IMG/VR virus record: IMGVR_UViG_3300027759_000050
Span: 1 to 64,000 of that record
Origin: a virus
Strand: one strand, 5' to 3'
DNA length: 64,000 nt
Shown one piece after another: positions 63,540 to 64,000 of the stretch (the stretch's first letter is position 1; each line of letters opens with the position of its first letter). The notes under the pieces are model-generated. The model had not been told where the DNA came from and did no database searches. It saw only the letters and a program-made list of their open reading frames with translations. The translations under genes were made by a program, and so were the position numbers.

Positions 63540-64000
63540 AAAAACTCCTATTTCTGTCAATTTTATCCACACGGCTTCTATAAAAAATGTGATGACCTAT
63601 TTTCTTCACTTTTTCCAATTTCCATTGTGGATTTACATAGTCGGCATGGTAGTATGTTGCACCTTGTGTAACATCTTCCTTGAGGTCACGGTTTAGAACC
63701 ATGTCCACGGCCAACTCACGAACTTCATTATACAATGAACTATCTCTAATTGTCAAGCGTTTACTGGTAATGTTTTTATCACACAACCAGGAAAACTGAC
63801 AGGTTTCTCCCGTCTTCTGATGAACAACTCCGCAAATATCTTTACTGTAACCGGCTTGAACACGATTAATGGTAACAAAAGCAACAGCTTTCTTACCATC
63901 TAAAGGTTCATGTCCAGCTTCAAAGTAAATGTTCTCTGCAAGGCATGTAACCTGCCTTTTTGTTGCCTCAGTAAGATTTTGATAATCAGCTTTTAGGGGC
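63532..64000 (-). CDS. SleB-like cell wall hydrolase (Hydrolase_2), 5' end outside the window
   Basis: The frame stays open upstream of the tracked ORF: CLAENIYFEAGHEP..GK.AVA.VT.NRV...ICGVV.Q...CQFSW.C...GATYYHADYVNP.W.....IG.HIFY. Confidence 0.9.
   Translation of the reverse strand, partial: PLKADYQNLTEATKRQVTCLAENIYFEAGHEPLDGKKAVAFVTINRVQAGYSKDICGVVHQKTGETCQFSWLCDKNITSKRLTIRDSSLYNEVRELAVDMVLNRDLKEDVTQGATYYHADYVNPQWKLEKVKKIGHHIFYRSRVDKIDRNRSFYE

Noticed and set aside
1-64000. tRNA, rRNA, IS or integrase
   Set aside because: Intergenic gaps are under about 80 bp with no cloverleaf seen; no transposase or integrase motifs (the TnsA-like fold of gp4 is a normal T4 core gene)

Overview
This is a 64-kb, AT-rich segment of a T4-like (Tevenvirinae-related) myophage genome covering almost the whole virion morphogenesis cluster. 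On the minus strand lie gp48, gp53, a gp27-like hub, a split gp5, gp25, gp6, gp7, gp8 and a VrlC-like protein. These are followed by about 23 kb of fibre/adhesin genes occupying the place of T4 genes 9-12/wac, then gp13-gp20 (the gp20 portal is truncated at the left edge). A divergent plus-strand block encodes gp4, gp2, gp54, gp26, gp51 and two paralogous hub/tape-measure-like proteins. The right end holds a truncated SleB-type hydrolase, gp33, gp59, a HAD nucleotidase and gp32. The most unusual points are: (1) a chain of fibre genes whose termini look like matched docking motifs, forming a modular appendage system built from Ala-Asn heptad stalks, small connectors, duplicated tip+chaperone cassettes and a 2771-aa repetitive adhesin with three inserted LamG-like domains; (2) identical DNA blocks shared between different fibre genes; (3) gp5 split into three genes with no lysozyme, while a VgrG3-like muramidase sits on a TolA-like protein next to gp51; (4) apparent Asn/N-x-S/T enrichment in virion surface proteins; (5) late-promoter boxes placed so that some mRNAs would be leaderless. 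All family assignments come from motif recognition and synteny; no database search was run.
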